Positions 17,824 through 36,937 of a stretch of 64,000 nt of DNA are shown in pieces. The DNA is from the human T2T-CHM13v2.0 reference genome, Homo sapiens. The stretch's first letter is position 1. Every line of letters starts with the position of its first letter. Position numbers and translations under genes: made by a program. The notes under the pieces are model-generated. The model ran no database searches and was not told the DNA's origin. It worked only from the letters and a program-made list of their open reading frames with translations. The stretch lies in NCBI RefSeq assembly GCF_009914755.1, contig NC_060948.1; one strand, 5' to 3'.

Positions 17824-18118
17824 CGGGAGGACCTAGGGACTAGACACGTTCAAGATGGCGGCTCCATCTTCCCGGGAGGAACTAACGACTAGACACGTTC
17901 AAGATGGCGGCTCCATCTTCCGGGCAGGAACTAGGGACTAGACACGTTCAAGATGGCGGCTCCATCTTCCCGGCAGGAACTAGGGACTAGACACGTTCAA
18001 GATGGCGGTTCCATCTTCCCGGCAGGAACTAGGGACTAGACACATTCAAAACGGCGGCTCCATCTTCCCAGCAGGAACTAGAGACTAGACACGTTCAAGA
18101 CAGTGGCTCCATCTTCCC
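17824..18118. repeat. 49-bp minisatellite x6 containing CAAGATGGCGGC
   Basis: Directly visible tandem units. Confidence 0.95.
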
Positions 18119-18159
18119 TCCTCTTTGTCAGCCACATGTAAAGTAAGAAAAACAGGACC

Positions 18160-18372
18160 GAGAGCCCCGACCAACTACAAAGCCCATTTGCATAACCGAT
18201 TAGGGTGGGCAACCAGCCTTTCCTGTGGGCTATGTAAATGTCATGCTTGATGGAACCAATCTCTCGGAGAGCCCCGACCAACTACAAAGCCCATTTGCAT
18301 AAACGATTAGGGTGGGCAACCAGCCTTTCCTGTGGGCTATGTAAATGCCATGCTTGATGGAACCAATCTCTG
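18160..18372. repeat. 107-bp tandem duplication (octamer + CCAAT module)
   Basis: 18160-18264 vs 18267-18372 near-identical. Confidence 0.95.
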
Positions 18373-18835
18373 AGCTCTATGTAAATGAGACACCGCCTCC
18401 TCAAACTGGACTATAAAATCCATCACATTTGGTGCCAGCTGGTCCTTTCCGCTCGGAGACCCCTTTCTCTATAGAGAAAACCATTTCTCTTTCTCTTCTC
18501 TTCTCCTGATTAAACTTCCACTCCTAAACTCCTCGTGTGTGTCTTTGTCCTAAATTTTCCTGATGCCCAATGACGAACCCCAGGGTATATACCCCAGACA
18601 ACGTAGCCACTTCACTAACATGTAGAGAGCTTGCGCATTTTAATTCCTATCCTCACAATAGGCAAAGAGCAGAACATACTGAAAATCAGCAACTCTGCGA
18701 TCCATCAGAAAATAGAGATCACAAGACGAAATGCTGCCTGAAGACTGGACAGACAGGTGGCAAGTGGAATTGTGCTTGTCTAGGAGTTCCTGCTGGAGCC
18801 AGCACCTGATGGACACATTTGCAGGGTAATTATTA

Positions 18836-19225
<390 letters not shown>

Positions 19226-19447
19226 TCACAAATTTTACCTCCGGGAGCTCCACCAGGTTCCCAGGGTGAAGATCAAAGAAATATCCAGTTGTGTGTTATT
19301 GGGGGAAAGTAACCACTTTGCAATATTCCTAGGGAGACAGTAGCATTTTGAAGTATGCCCAAAGCAATCCGTGTCCTCTCTGCCCTCAAAGTAAATTACT
19401 TTAGCGCAGTCAAAGTGACCTGGGGGAAGGGAAATCTTCTATTTCAG

Positions 19448-19755
<308 letters not shown>

Positions 19756-20268
19756 AGATTTCAGTTTCTATTAGCTTTCAACAACACTTTTCGTGCATGA
19801 GTGACGCTGGCGGCCATGTACTCAGCCATTCCATCAAGGTTCCAAGCAGCAAAGCTGCAAAATGGATCTGACTCCTTCAGTGAAGAAGAGTCTCCCTGAA
19901 TGCATTGGAAACACTCATGAGATGCTACTGAAGCAAGTAAGGGAAGCCTGACTGTGGACATGCTCTCTGTCTCTTAGGCTCACAGTACTCCAACCACAGA
20001 AACGAGATGCCTCAAGGGAGGCAGAGGCAGAAAGAAGCCATCACTATAAACCCAAGAATAAAGCCAGCAGAGCTACAGTGATGGCCTGTGTGCTGCAGGT
20101 GAGCATCACCTTGTTGTAAGGCCACAGGCTTTCCTGGCCACCCTGCTCAGTTGGCCTCGTGGTGGGAGTCACTAGACTCAAGATAGACCCAGCCAGACCA
20201 TCTGGTTAGAGCTACCCAAGGAAAAGCCATTGTCAGCACAAAGTCACTGGAGTCTTAGAATGCACAGC

Positions 20269-21433
<1,165 letters not shown>

Positions 21434-22703
21434 ACAGGTGTTTCATCCTGTTCCTTTCCTCAGGTGGTGTTGCAGAGTACCCCAGCATCTTTAGGTGGTG
21501 GTAGAAGAGACTCCAGCATCTGCCATAACCCCCGGAAGAGTGTTCTGTATGTTACACTGTGGGGAGGTTTTCCTCAAAGCATTAGAGTGATCTGAACAAT
21601 GGGAATCTTTGCACAGAGGAGGATGAGTTCTACTCGGGGATGGTACCTACTAAGAGAGACATGTTGTCTTCTCTTCAATTGCCCTTTAACGAAGAAATAA
21701 AAATTATTTAATTATTCGGTGAAGAAATAAAAAGAGTATTGCATTCTTTCAACAGAGATTCTGCACTTGTACTCCCAGGTATTTATGAAACCTCATGTTG
21801 ATGCCTGGTGCATAGGCCAGGCAGTGGGGCTCTACCTAAGTAATGCCTGGTGGTTGGCCATGGGTAGCTGGAGCACCAATAGCATACTCTAATAGTCCAT
21901 GACATCGGTCTACTCAAGGGCCATGGCTCAAATAGAAGGCTTTGTTTGGAGGAATTCAAAAGAGGTTCTACTGAGAAGGAACCTATGAATCAGTGCTGCC
22001 ACAATACTTTTGGATTGTGCGGTTCAAACGCCATATTGGTTTTCTTCCAGCTCTCCAGCTCCAGCAGCACTGAGGCAGATCTGAGTTTCTCGAAGCTGGG
22101 CCCATCACCAACAAGACAGTGATGGTGAAAGCAATGATAGAAGAGGTCGAATTTAGAGTAAGGATCAGGATGGACAGGTGGGTACATCTATGCAACCCTA
22201 ACCTTTCTGAAACTACTAGGCATAGATATTTTCCTGAAGACTAGTCTCAGCCTGCATGGATGGTCCCTCATGGCTACTGTCTCATTTGAAAAGTGAACCT
22301 ATGAAAAGAGGAAAACACTATGACATCCACCACTGTTTGGTCACACCAATTCTTGACATTAACTCTCTCGAAGGACATTAGTATGACCTTCAAATCCTAG
22401 CCCGCAGGAAAGCTTCACTTTAGTTGTTTGTTTCCTGGGTGTCCCTTCCTACAACCCACGAGGCAAATGCCACACACCCTCCTTACATGCATAAAACAGT
22501 GCTGATAATGGATGAAACACACAAGTATCAGCTCATGCCTGCACTTTCAGAGAAAACACTCTTGCTTAGACCATGGGTATGTCAAGCTGCCAAGGATACA
22601 AAAGGTAAAACAATCCAAGGGCAACAGATGGTTCATGACAAAGAACTAAGAGGGCAGCACTGCGATTCCAAAAATTTGGATATGGACGTCAATGAGAGTG
22701 AAT

Positions 22704-22876
22704 GAGAGAGAAGGAGAGAGACAGAGGGAGAGAGGGGGGGGAGGGAGGGAGAGAGAGAGAGAGAGACAGAGAGAAAGGAAGGAGGAGGAGGAGAAAGGAA
22801 GGAGGAGGAGGAGAAAGAGGAGGAGGAGAAGCAGGAGGAGGGGGAAGAGGAGGTGAAGGAGAAGGGAAAAAAAAAG
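22704..22876. repeat. GA-rich low complexity
   Basis: (GA)n/(GGA)n. Confidence 0.9.
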
Positions 22877-22883
22877 TAGAAGG

Positions 22884-23486
<603 letters not shown>

Positions 23487-23762
23487 CTACTTGTGAAAGA
23501 GGCCTCAGTAGAAGAAAAGAGAATGAGCAAAGAGCCTGGTCCAGGCCACTCTAAATGTCTCTCAAATGTTAAAGACTGATGAAGGAGGAGCAGGAAGACT
23601 TATCACACGTCCAAGGAGACAATGTTGAGCGACCCGCAAACTTAGCAGAAGGGAGAACAGGCTCTGGAGATGTCCAGTAATGGGGTAGAGCCCAGACTCC
23701 CACACTTGGTAGTTGTACCCTTCAACCTGGAGAGGCCTCAGTTTTCTCATCAGTGAAATGGG

Positions 23763-24075
23763 CCCAAGAATAGTATCTATCTCAAGAAACCATTTTCTCT
23801 GCTCCTTCATGAGAAGAAACTCCTCTTCCATTCCAGTTTTATCATGAGATTACAGGAGTTCAGTCCCATCTTCAACCTGCACCTTTACTTCTGCTATTTT
23901 CACCATAGCAGAAGTGACTTCCTCCACTGAAGTCTTGAACCCCCTCAATGTCATTCATGAATATTGGAATTCACTTTTTCCCGATTTCTGTTAATGTGGA
24001 TATCTTAACTTCCTGCCATGAATCACCAAGGTTCTAAATGGCATTCAGAATGAGGAATCCTTTCAGGAAGGTTTT
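23763..24075 (-). mobile_element. Tigger1 transposase fragment (inverted)
   Basis: Minus ORF EEFLLMKEQRKWFLE matches Tigger1 EELLLMDEQRKWFLE. Confidence 0.9.
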
Positions 24076-24077
24076 TT

Positions 24078-24399
<322 letters not shown>

Positions 24400-24686
24400 T
24401 GACTCGAATTTTGAAAAAAGTTCTACTCTGGGTAAAACCCTATCAAACAGCATCGCTTGATACAGAAAAATCTTTCATGACAGAAAGGGTCAACTGATGT
24501 GACAAACATCACTGTTGTCTATTTTAAGAAATTGCCAAAGCACCCTCTACCCTCAGCAACCACCACCCTGATCAGTCCACAGCCAGCAACATTGAGGCAA
24601 GACTCTCCACCAGCAATAAGGTTTTGACTCGCGAAATGTTCAGATAATTGTTAGTATTGTTTACCAATAAAGTATGCTTAAATTAA
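24400..24686 (+). mobile_element. Tigger1 transposase C-terminal fragment ending just after AATAAA
   Basis: gactcgaattttgaaaaaagttctact...cagcaaccaccaccctgatcagt...aataaagtat. Confidence 0.9.
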
Positions 24687-25839
24687 AAAATATATATCGT
24701 TGGAATGGTGTATGGATACACCACAAAACAGTCTTAGCATAATGCTCACCATTCACTAAGTGCTCAATAACGACATTATTAACTTTGCCAATTCCTCTGT
24801 TTATTGCTCAGAAGGATGATGCATTTGTCAGGAGAAGCAAAGAAAAAGATTCTTGAAAAGATCATGGTGACATTGCTGAAAGGTCGGGGAGAAAACACAA
24901 ACAGACTGAATGGGTCCTGTGAAGCTCAAGGGTGTGGGTAGCTCGTAAGAAAGGCTATGAGCAGAGATTACGCTGGAGAAATATGCCAGGAAGGGAAGGG
25001 AAGGGATGGTCAGAAGCTAGTTAGTGTGTGCAGTGATATTTTCACAATGCTTTTGAAATCAGCGTGTTAATTGGCTAAATGAGCCACTGGCTGGATGACA
25101 GTATGTGAGCATTAGCTGCTCTATGTCAGCTGGGATTCTAGGAAAACAGATTGTGCCAAACATTTGGATATCCAGAGGAGGCACAACAACTGTGCATTAG
25201 AAATAGGACTTATGTTTCCCACCCAACTACCTCTCTCTGGGGCCTGACCTGCCGTCTAAAAACAGTCCACCCCAATGCAGCCTCCAGTCACTCTGCCAGG
25301 TATTGACCCAGAGTCTTGATTCTATGCAACAAATAAGATCTTTGCATTTTAACCCATTGAGTTTTAGTAAGAATCTTCGACAAGAAGATTTCTTCCAGAG
25401 AACCAAAGCAGGAGTTGCAAGATTGCAAAGGGCACACTGAGGTCTTAAATATCCATCTGATTTGGCCAGGAATGTGATCGATCAAAAACTCAGGAATTTT
25501 CCTGGTCATCGTTGTCTAACGTGTATTCAGAATGTACTCTGCGGTGAGTACCATTTTACGAAAAGACTCACTGGCCAAGACTATGGGCGTGAGGTAACTA
25601 ACAATCAGGGGGCTTGGTTTCATTTTGTTGAAAAAAAGTTCAACAAAGACATCCACAAAGAAATAGGTGATGGGCCTTTGCCTACTCATTTCTTTGCTCG
25701 TTTTGCTATTTACCCATTCCCCTGTTTTCTTGCCCTGTAAAATGGACACAATACTCAAGCTTCCCATTGGTGTCAATGTTTACATTCACGATGGGTAAAA
25801 AAAGGTATTTCATGATTTGAAAAGTGTGATGCATTTTAT

Positions 25840-25944
25840 TCTTTTTTATAACTTTAACACCTTTTAATTTTTTGAACGTTTTTGAGTCATCATAACACAT
25901 AGCTTAAAACACATACACACGTGGTGCAGCTGTACAAACATGTA

Positions 25945-25945
<1 letters not shown>
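25840..25945. mobile_element. Tigger3/MER7 fragment
   Basis: ataacacatagcttaaaacac...cagctgtacaaa. Confidence 0.6.
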
Positions 25946-26810
<865 letters not shown>

Positions 26811-26819
26811 AAAGTATGC

Positions 26820-27111
26820 TTTTTTTTTTTTTTTTTTTTTTTGAGACACAGTCTTACTCTGTCACCCAGGCTGGAGTGCAATGGCATGATCTTGGCTCAC
26901 TGCAACCTCCACCTCCTAGGTTCAAGTGATTCTCCCTGCCTTAGCCTCCCAAGTAGCTGGAATTCTAGGCACCTGCCACCATGCCTGGCTAATATTGGTA
27001 TTTTTAGTAGAGACGGAGTTTCGCCATGTTCGCTAGACTGGTCTCGAACTCCTGACCTCAGGTGATTCGCGTGCCCTGGCTGGGATTACAGGCGTGAGTC
27101 ACCGGACCCAG
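26820..27111 (-). mobile_element. AluS
   Basis: Full Alu. Confidence 0.94.
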
Positions 27112-27117
27112 CCGCCT

Positions 27118-27395
27118 ATTTTCTTTCTTTAAGAGATAAGGTCTTGGTCTCTCAGCCAGGCTGGAGTGCAGTGATTTGAGCACATCTCACTGCAGCCTCA
27201 AACTCCTGGGCTCAAGTGATCCTCCCGCCTCAACCTCCCCAGTAGCTGGGACCACATGCACACACCACCATGCCCAGCTATTTTTGAAAAATTTTTGTAG
27301 AAATGGCATCTTGCTGTGTTGCCCAAGCTGCTCTCAAAGTCCTGAGCTCAAAATAATCCTCCATCTTCTGAAAGCATTGCGATTATGGGTGTGAA
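27118..27395 (-). mobile_element. AluJ
   Basis: ctcctgggctcaagtgatcc diagnostic. Confidence 0.9.
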
Positions 27396-27557
27396 GTTTC
27401 TTTGACTTTAATATTTTAACTTAATTTATAACAGTATTTTTGAATAAGGGACTCTATCCATCACTATTTAATTCTATAATTGTATATATTTGCAGGCCCC
27501 TCCAAGCCTTTGTGAACCCTGAATATCTGAGATGGTGTCAGTTAATTTAGAAAGTTA

Positions 27558-27989
<432 letters not shown>

Positions 27990-28079
27990 TCAATATATGT
28001 TGAGAGGTACACTGGTTCCATCCAGAAACACGGGGACGACTCGAAGTGGGGAGGGGGCTTCCAGGTCATAGGTGGATAA

Positions 28080-28428
<349 letters not shown>

Positions 28429-28529
28429 TAAAACGGGAGGCAAGTTTGCTCTGAGAAGTTCCCAGCTTGACTTTTCCCTTGAGCTTAGTGATTTGGGGAC
28501 CCCAAGATTTTCCTTTCAAACCTTCTTAA

Positions 28530-28969
<440 letters not shown>

Positions 28970-29248
28970 GCAGTAGTGAGTCTTAGTCACTCACTGTGAA
29001 GTTCCCTGCAGTTTCTTTTTCAAAAGCATTTTGCTGTGGATAACGCATTCTCATTACGTCAGACATCTGCAGTAACATTTATCTAGCAACAAGGTTAACT
29101 GCCTTCACATCAACAAAAACAGGTTGTGTTGCCAGCAAAGAAGAATGCCAGTTCTCTTTTCCATCCCATAATACTTGTCATCAGTACTGGGGTATCCTGT
29201 TCACCTTCTCCCATGCTGTGAGATTAATTTAGAGAACATATTCACGGT

Positions 29249-29495
<247 letters not shown>

Positions 29496-29519
29496 GATAG
29501 ATAGATAGATATAGATAGA

Positions 29520-29648
29520 TTTATTTTACTTTAAGTTGCAAGATACATATGCAGAACATGCAGGTTTGTTACATAGGTATACATGTGCCATGCTGGTTTC
29601 CTGCACCCATCAACCCGTCATCTAGGTTTTAAGCCCTGCTTGCATTAG
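29520..29648 (-). mobile_element. L1PA 3'-end fragment fused to Alu left arm (29646-29761)
   Basis: ttactttaagtt...gcagaacatgcaggtttgttacatagg. Confidence 0.85.
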
Positions 29649-30688
29649 AAATGGGGTTTCGCCATGTTGGCCAGGCTGGTCTTGAACTCCTGACATCATG
29701 ATCCACCCACCTCGGCCTCCCAAAGTGCTGGGATTACAGGCGTGAGCCACCGCGGCTGACCTTTATTGCTCTTTCTATGTAAAACCAGAAAAGCCAACAA
29801 AGCTATTTCCCGTAATGACATGCCCAAGTCCTAACCCCCAAACACCGTGAATGTGAACTGATTTGCGAATAGGGTCTTGGTAGATGCATTCTCGTTAAGG
29901 ATATCAGGACAGGATCATCCCAGGTTCAGGACTGATGGACACTTCAAACTTTCATTCTATATTCTTTCACACGAGTAGTGTTGTTTGGCTCTGAGAAGCA
30001 CTTTCATTTTTATTTCCAGGCAATTTCATATCGTTCTCTTCAATTCAGTGAGTGCAAAAGAAGCAAGACAGGGAGTGATATAAAATTACTGCTAATAGAA
30101 AATTCACTTTTAATCTTGCTTAAAACAAGTTTTTTTGTTTTTTGTTTTTTTGTAAAATGAAGGAGAGAGCTGAACTTCAAGGATGCGAATTTATTTCCAC
30201 ACAGGGGAGAAACACTGATTGGAGAAAATTTACAGTTGCTGTTTAGACACTTGAGCCTCAGGATCGAGAAAAGGTGCACCTCTTAGATGGGCCTTAAATT
30301 GGAGATGATGATATCTAACCACCTGGAGACGGGAAAGTAGGTGTCACTCAATGCTGAACGGTGCTACTCATCTGTGAGATTGTATAATGAAGTTTTGGAG
30401 ACTGAGCCTGTACCTTCATCTGTTCTTTAACCAATGCACACTTAACAAGCACGTCATGTTTAGCTGCTCAGCAGAGCTTCCTTCTTCAGAAACAGAGACG
30501 GGGTGCGGAGGCATTTTACAACCCAGGGGGCTCCAGCTTCATAGACTGTCTTGTGAGGATCTATGCTGTTACTCTGAGGATCAGCGTTGGTTTTCCAAGT
30601 CCTTCATGAACATAACAAGTCAATGATAAGACGACAAGTTCCACCGCTGTGCCTCAGCTGAGACAAAAAAAAAAAAAAGCTGGAATCA

Positions 30689-31505
<817 letters not shown>

Positions 31506-31753
31506 CCCAGCTCTCTCTACCATGGGGTATTTATGTCACTAGTGATGACCGTCCTGACAAGGGGCCAGCCCTGCAGTTCCCACGAGACCACCTACTTCCC
31601 ACTCCCCATATGAGCTCAGAAACTTCCGGAAGCTGGTACACTCATGGAATGATAATCCATATAATTTCCGCAACGAGATGTGATGTAGTATCATGCTTAC
31701 TTAAGTGATCCTGAATATACTCTTTTTGTGTGTTTTTCTTTAATTTTCCATAA

Positions 31754-32092
<339 letters not shown>

Positions 32093-32343
32093 ATCACGAG
32101 TAAGTTCTTTAGTGGTGATTTGTGAGATTTTGGTGCACCCATTACCCAAGCAGTACACATTCCACACTATTTGTAGTCTTTTATCCCTCGCTGCCCCCTC
32201 CCAAGCTCTCCCCAAGTCCCCAAAGTCCATTGTATCATTCTCATGCCTTTGTGTCCTCATAGCTTAGCTTCCACGTATCAGTGACAACAGACGATGTTTG
32301 GTTTTCCATTCCTGAGTTACTTCACTTAGAGTAATAGTCTCCA

Positions 32344-33005
32344 AAGGACATGAACTTGTCCTTTTTTATGGCTGCATAGTATTCCATGGTGTCTATGTGC
32401 CACATTTTCTTTATACATTCTATCATTGATGGGCATTTGGGTTGGTTCCAAGTCTTTGCTATGTGAATAGTGCCACAATAAACATACGTGTGCATGTGTC
32501 TTTATAGTAGAATGATTTATAATCCTTTGGGTATATACTCAGTCATGTGATTACTGGGTCAAATGGTATTTCTGGTTCTAGATCCTTGAGGAATCCCCAC
32601 ACTGTCTTCCACAATGGTTGAACTAATTTACACTCCCACCAACAGTGTAAAACCATTCCTATTTCTCCACATCCTCTCTAGCATCTGTTGTTTCCTGACT
32701 TTTAATAAAGCTGGAAACCATTCTTCTCAGCAAACTAACACAAGAACAGAAAACCAAACACCACATGTTCTCACTCATAAGTGGGAGCTGAACAATAAGA
32801 ACACATGGACACGGGGAGGGGAACATCACACACTGGGGCCTGTCGAGGGGTGGGGGGCTAGGGGAGTGATAGTATTAGGACAAGTATCTAATGTAGATGA
32901 CGGGTTGAGGGGTGCAGCAAACCACCATGGCACATGTATACCTATGTAACAAAAACTGCACGTCCTGCACATGTACCCCAGAACTTAAAGTATAATAATA
33001 AAAAA
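32344..33005 (+). mobile_element. L1PA (7/8-like) 5'-inverted insertion
   Basis: Minus part 32344-32707, plus part 32708-33005 with A-tail; TSD agtaatagtctcca 32330-32343/33006-33019. Confidence 0.92.
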
Positions 33006-33914
33006 AGTAATAGTCTCCAGTCTCATCCAGGTCACTGCAAATGCTGTTAATTCATTCTTTTTTGTGGCTGTGTAGTATTCCATGGTGTGTGTGTGCGTCT
33101 GTCTGTGTGTGTGTGTGTATATATATATATGATGTCCATCAATATATACAATGTCCAATGTTCTGGAGTCCACAGTCAGTAATGTCCATCAAGGTACATA
33201 CACACGTTCACGGACATTATTGCCTGTGGACATCAGAATCTTGACCCACACCTAGGAAATGACTGCATTCAACGTCAGGCGACTGGACTCCCCGCCAGAC
33301 ACCCGCCATTGAGAACAAATAATAAAAGCCACAGTCTTCACCTTGCAAATTGATATTTGGACTTTTGTCATTCAAGGATGCTTTCAATGGTTCGTGTCTA
33401 CTAGGCTTGGGAGAAAGATAGGCTCGTGAGAGGAGACATCAGACAACTGGCAAATCAGAGGTAGATGAAGCAACAAAAGGAAGGAAAAAGAGTGTGGAAA
33501 TACCAGCCAACGAGCTGGTGTTCCCAATGGGACCTATGAAAAGATGTTTTGCAGGTGGAGAGAAGAAAGAGGAGACGCAAGCATTTGAGCTGAGCAAGGA
33601 ATATTGCCTGCATTGCGGAGGACCAAGAATGGACAATATCACCAGGTTAGCCTCCTGGGAAATGCTGCACGGGTGGCAGGTTCAGCAAATCAAGGCAGGG
33701 GGAGAAAATGGCTGCCGCTCTCTCTCCAGTTTGCGATCCTGGGAAGTTAGGGTGCACGGGTTTACTGGGCTTTGATTTCCTCAGAGGACTGGTTTTACTT
33801 ACACACAGCAGGAAGCCATAATACAAGGGGCTCTTTTCCCACCACAGGCATCAAGCTGAATCACCGCACACGCTTGCATTCCAGACTCATGTTCTCCAGA
33901 GCTTACAGGTTGGG

Positions 33915-34365
33915 ATGGGACCACTGTAACCCATGACCCCAAACTAGGGAGCTTACAAAAGCAGCCATTTAACCTCTCCCAGTCCTGGAGACTACATCTG
34001 TGAAATCGAGGTGCCTACAGGGACATGCTCCCTGCTCTAGGGAAGAATTCTTCCTGCCTCTCCCAGCTCCTGGGGGCTCCAGGCATCCCTGGGCTTATGG
34101 CCGCATCACTCCAGTCTCTGCCTCCGTCTCCACGTGGCCTTCTCCTCTGTGTCTGTGTCTCCTCTTCCGTCTCTTACAAGGACACCTGTCATTAGATTTA
34201 GGATCCACTGCAATCCAGGATGATCTCATCTCCAGATCCTTTTTTACATCTGCAAAGACCTTATTTCCAAATAAAAAATCACATGTACAGATTCAAGGTG
34301 AACTTGTCTTTTTTTTTTTTTGGTGGGGGTGGGGGTAAAATAGAGGCACCATTCAATCCACTACA
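33915..34365 (-). mobile_element. MLT1C-like MaLR LTR
   Basis: ttcctgcctctcccagctcctgggggctccagg...ggccgcatcactccagtctctgcctccgtc. Confidence 0.8.
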
Positions 34366-34374
34366 GGGGTTGAG

Positions 34375-34469
34375 AAGAAATAAAATATTACAAAATGCTC
34401 CCTGATAAGAAATAAAATATTACAAAATGCTTCCTGATAAGAAATAAAATATTACAAAATGCTTCCTGA
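34375..34469. repeat. 32-bp tandem repeat x3
   Basis: aagaaataaaatattacaaaatgcttcctgat. Confidence 0.95.
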
Positions 34470-34475
34470 ATGTGA

Positions 34476-34793
<318 letters not shown>

Positions 34794-35627
34794 GATTTAG
34801 AAGCTTTTGTTTGTGGGCGTGAAGGTTCAGTAAGAGCTTCCTCTAGTCCTTGTCAAGATCAAAATTAAAGGCATTATAAACAGAGATGCCTATCTGTCGG
34901 CCACATATCCAGAAAATAAATGCTGAGATGAGAATTCTGGCTTCTGAATAGGAGTCTGATATCTGCATTTGGTGTTGCCAAAGCAAGCCCTGACTTCTCT
35001 CTTCTCTCATTGAGACAGAGCACACACCCTCACTCCTTGTGTCTCTGAGTCACATGTATCGGGCCATACTCACCTGATACCTCACGGATTGTCCCGGGGC
35101 TAGTTCTATTTCTAGCTCCTGGGCAGGACGGTGACCATGAGTTCGACGGTGCCCAGCAAGCCCATCTGGCCAGCACTTATCTGCCTTTGGGTACAGCCTG
35201 CCCTTTCTCCCAAGTGTCTGAGCATAAAAATAGCCCACCATGTCAACCCCGCAGATGACAAGCATGTGAGTGGCTAGTTTCTGCCTGAGAACTCTCCCGA
35301 GGTCTCCCTGAACACTCACGGATGCCTGGGCTGGCCCAAGATGCAGCAGTAGGTCACTGACAGACTCTCTTCCATTTATTCACAGTTTCCATGATTCCCA
35401 CGCTCATAGCATCGACATAACAAAAGCAAAGTTAAGCTACAGACTCTGCTCCCGCCCCAACCTCTCTAATAGCTGCTAACAGAGCCAATGGATTGTTTTT
35501 TTCAACTTGCAACTTAAACACAACTTTGCCTTCTCCCTGAGTCTTTTAATTCAAACATTCAGTCATTCTCCATCAGGTATGCACAGGAGATACAAAATCA
35601 ATATGATAACGGTCTTCAGGTTGTGGG

Positions 35628-36036
35628 TGACAGAGCGGGAGCATGGCCATCTTGAACAAACACCACCATTCTAGGCTCCCCTTGATTAAAAACCGCCTAA
35701 ATCCAGCCCGAAAACATCAGCCTCATGACTCATGTCAGCATAACCAGAAACATTCCAACCCTAAGATAAACCCGTCTCCGACCAAAAACATACCAACCCT
35801 GAGACAGCCTCCCCTCTGACCAGAGATATTCAACCCTGCAATAAACTCTCCCTCACATACAAACATTCTGAACCTATGATAAGCACCCCCTTCCAAAACC
35901 CTTAAATGTGCTTAGTCTATAAGAGAGAAGAGCTCTGACCTAACTCAGCCAGAAGCCCCTCTCAGGTTTCTCTAAAATAAACCTGTGTTTAACTGTCAAG
36001 TGACATTTCATGCTTCTTTCCTCTTTAATTCTTACA
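35628..36036 (+). mobile_element. Solo LTR, LTR19-like
   Basis: TG...CA termini, aataaa ~35976, flanked by gtggg/gtgag. Confidence 0.7.
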
Positions 36037-36041
36037 GTGAG

Positions 36042-36820
36042 TGTGTAGAGCACGCTTGACATAAGTGACTCCACCTTAGAAAAAGATTCCATGTTACATT
36101 TCATTCAAAAGGCATCATGCCTACAGGAGCCAGATGTTCACCTGATCAATAAAGACCACATCCAAACAGTTAAGGACACAACCAAACACCCTCTTCCATT
36201 GTCAATCCTCACCAGAGGACTCTGTGGTCATGAAAGAACAGGGCTTCAGCAGCTCCAAATGGCTACCTTAACAGATGCCATCTTGCTGTCACTTGTAATC
36301 ATTACGCAGCATCCACCGCAAAAGGCTCTGCCCCACTGATATCAAAGGCTCTTCCTTGCAAGATGGCGACCACTGATGGTCCTCCAGGGCCAGGCCAGGA
36401 GACTTTTTTTTGTCCACATCAATATCCCTGTGCTCCTTTGTTAAGCTTTTTCCTACCCCTTTTCTCTTGATGATAAATGTTACGTTGTTTGATGTAGAAT
36501 GTTTAATCTATAACATGCATATATTGGTGAAGTGTATTAGTATGTATAGGTTGCAATACTGACTGACTTGGGTCACAGCAGGAGCCTGTGCGCCTGTAGC
36601 TCTGACTAAATGCTGCCGGCACACAGGCTCCAGTACTCCAAGGGCTCAAGCCATTTCAGTACTAAATGGGAAGTCCTAAGGAGAATTGCCTCCTTGAAAA
36701 CTCCGTGCATCTCGGGGCTTCTGTAAACTGAAATAGCATCAATAAAAGGCTGAACTTGTGAAAAGACACAACCATACATGGGCCTGGTTTTCTATCTCTG
36801 ACCTTGCACCACTCATGAGA
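36042..36820 (+). mobile_element. Solo LTR, ERVL class (MER76-like)
   Basis: gtgactccaccttagaaaaagattccat...aataaaag...ctgaccttgcaccactcatgaga; family uncertain. Confidence 0.55.
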
Positions 36821-36937
36821 GTGGGCTCCAGCAAGCCAGCCAGCAGGAAAGACAGAAAAGGTGAAAACTGATTCAACAAAGGAAGGATACTTGAGCTAGA
36901 TTAAACATTTTATTACATTTTCTCTGAATTTTTAGCC

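Noticed and set aside
17824-18118. CRISPR-like palindromic direct repeats
   Set aside because: No unique spacers, no cas genes, primate LTR context
22051-22160. Possible exon (pyrimidine tract-CAG ... GTAAG)
   Set aside because: Stops in all three frames and no recognisable protein; a lncRNA exon cannot be shown from sequence alone
23562-23831. TIGD1-like coding gene
   Set aside because: Short, degraded, rearranged Tigger1 fragments only
25470-25549. Possible small exon ending at donor GTGAGT
   Set aside because: Weak acceptor, no recognisable peptide, no partner exons
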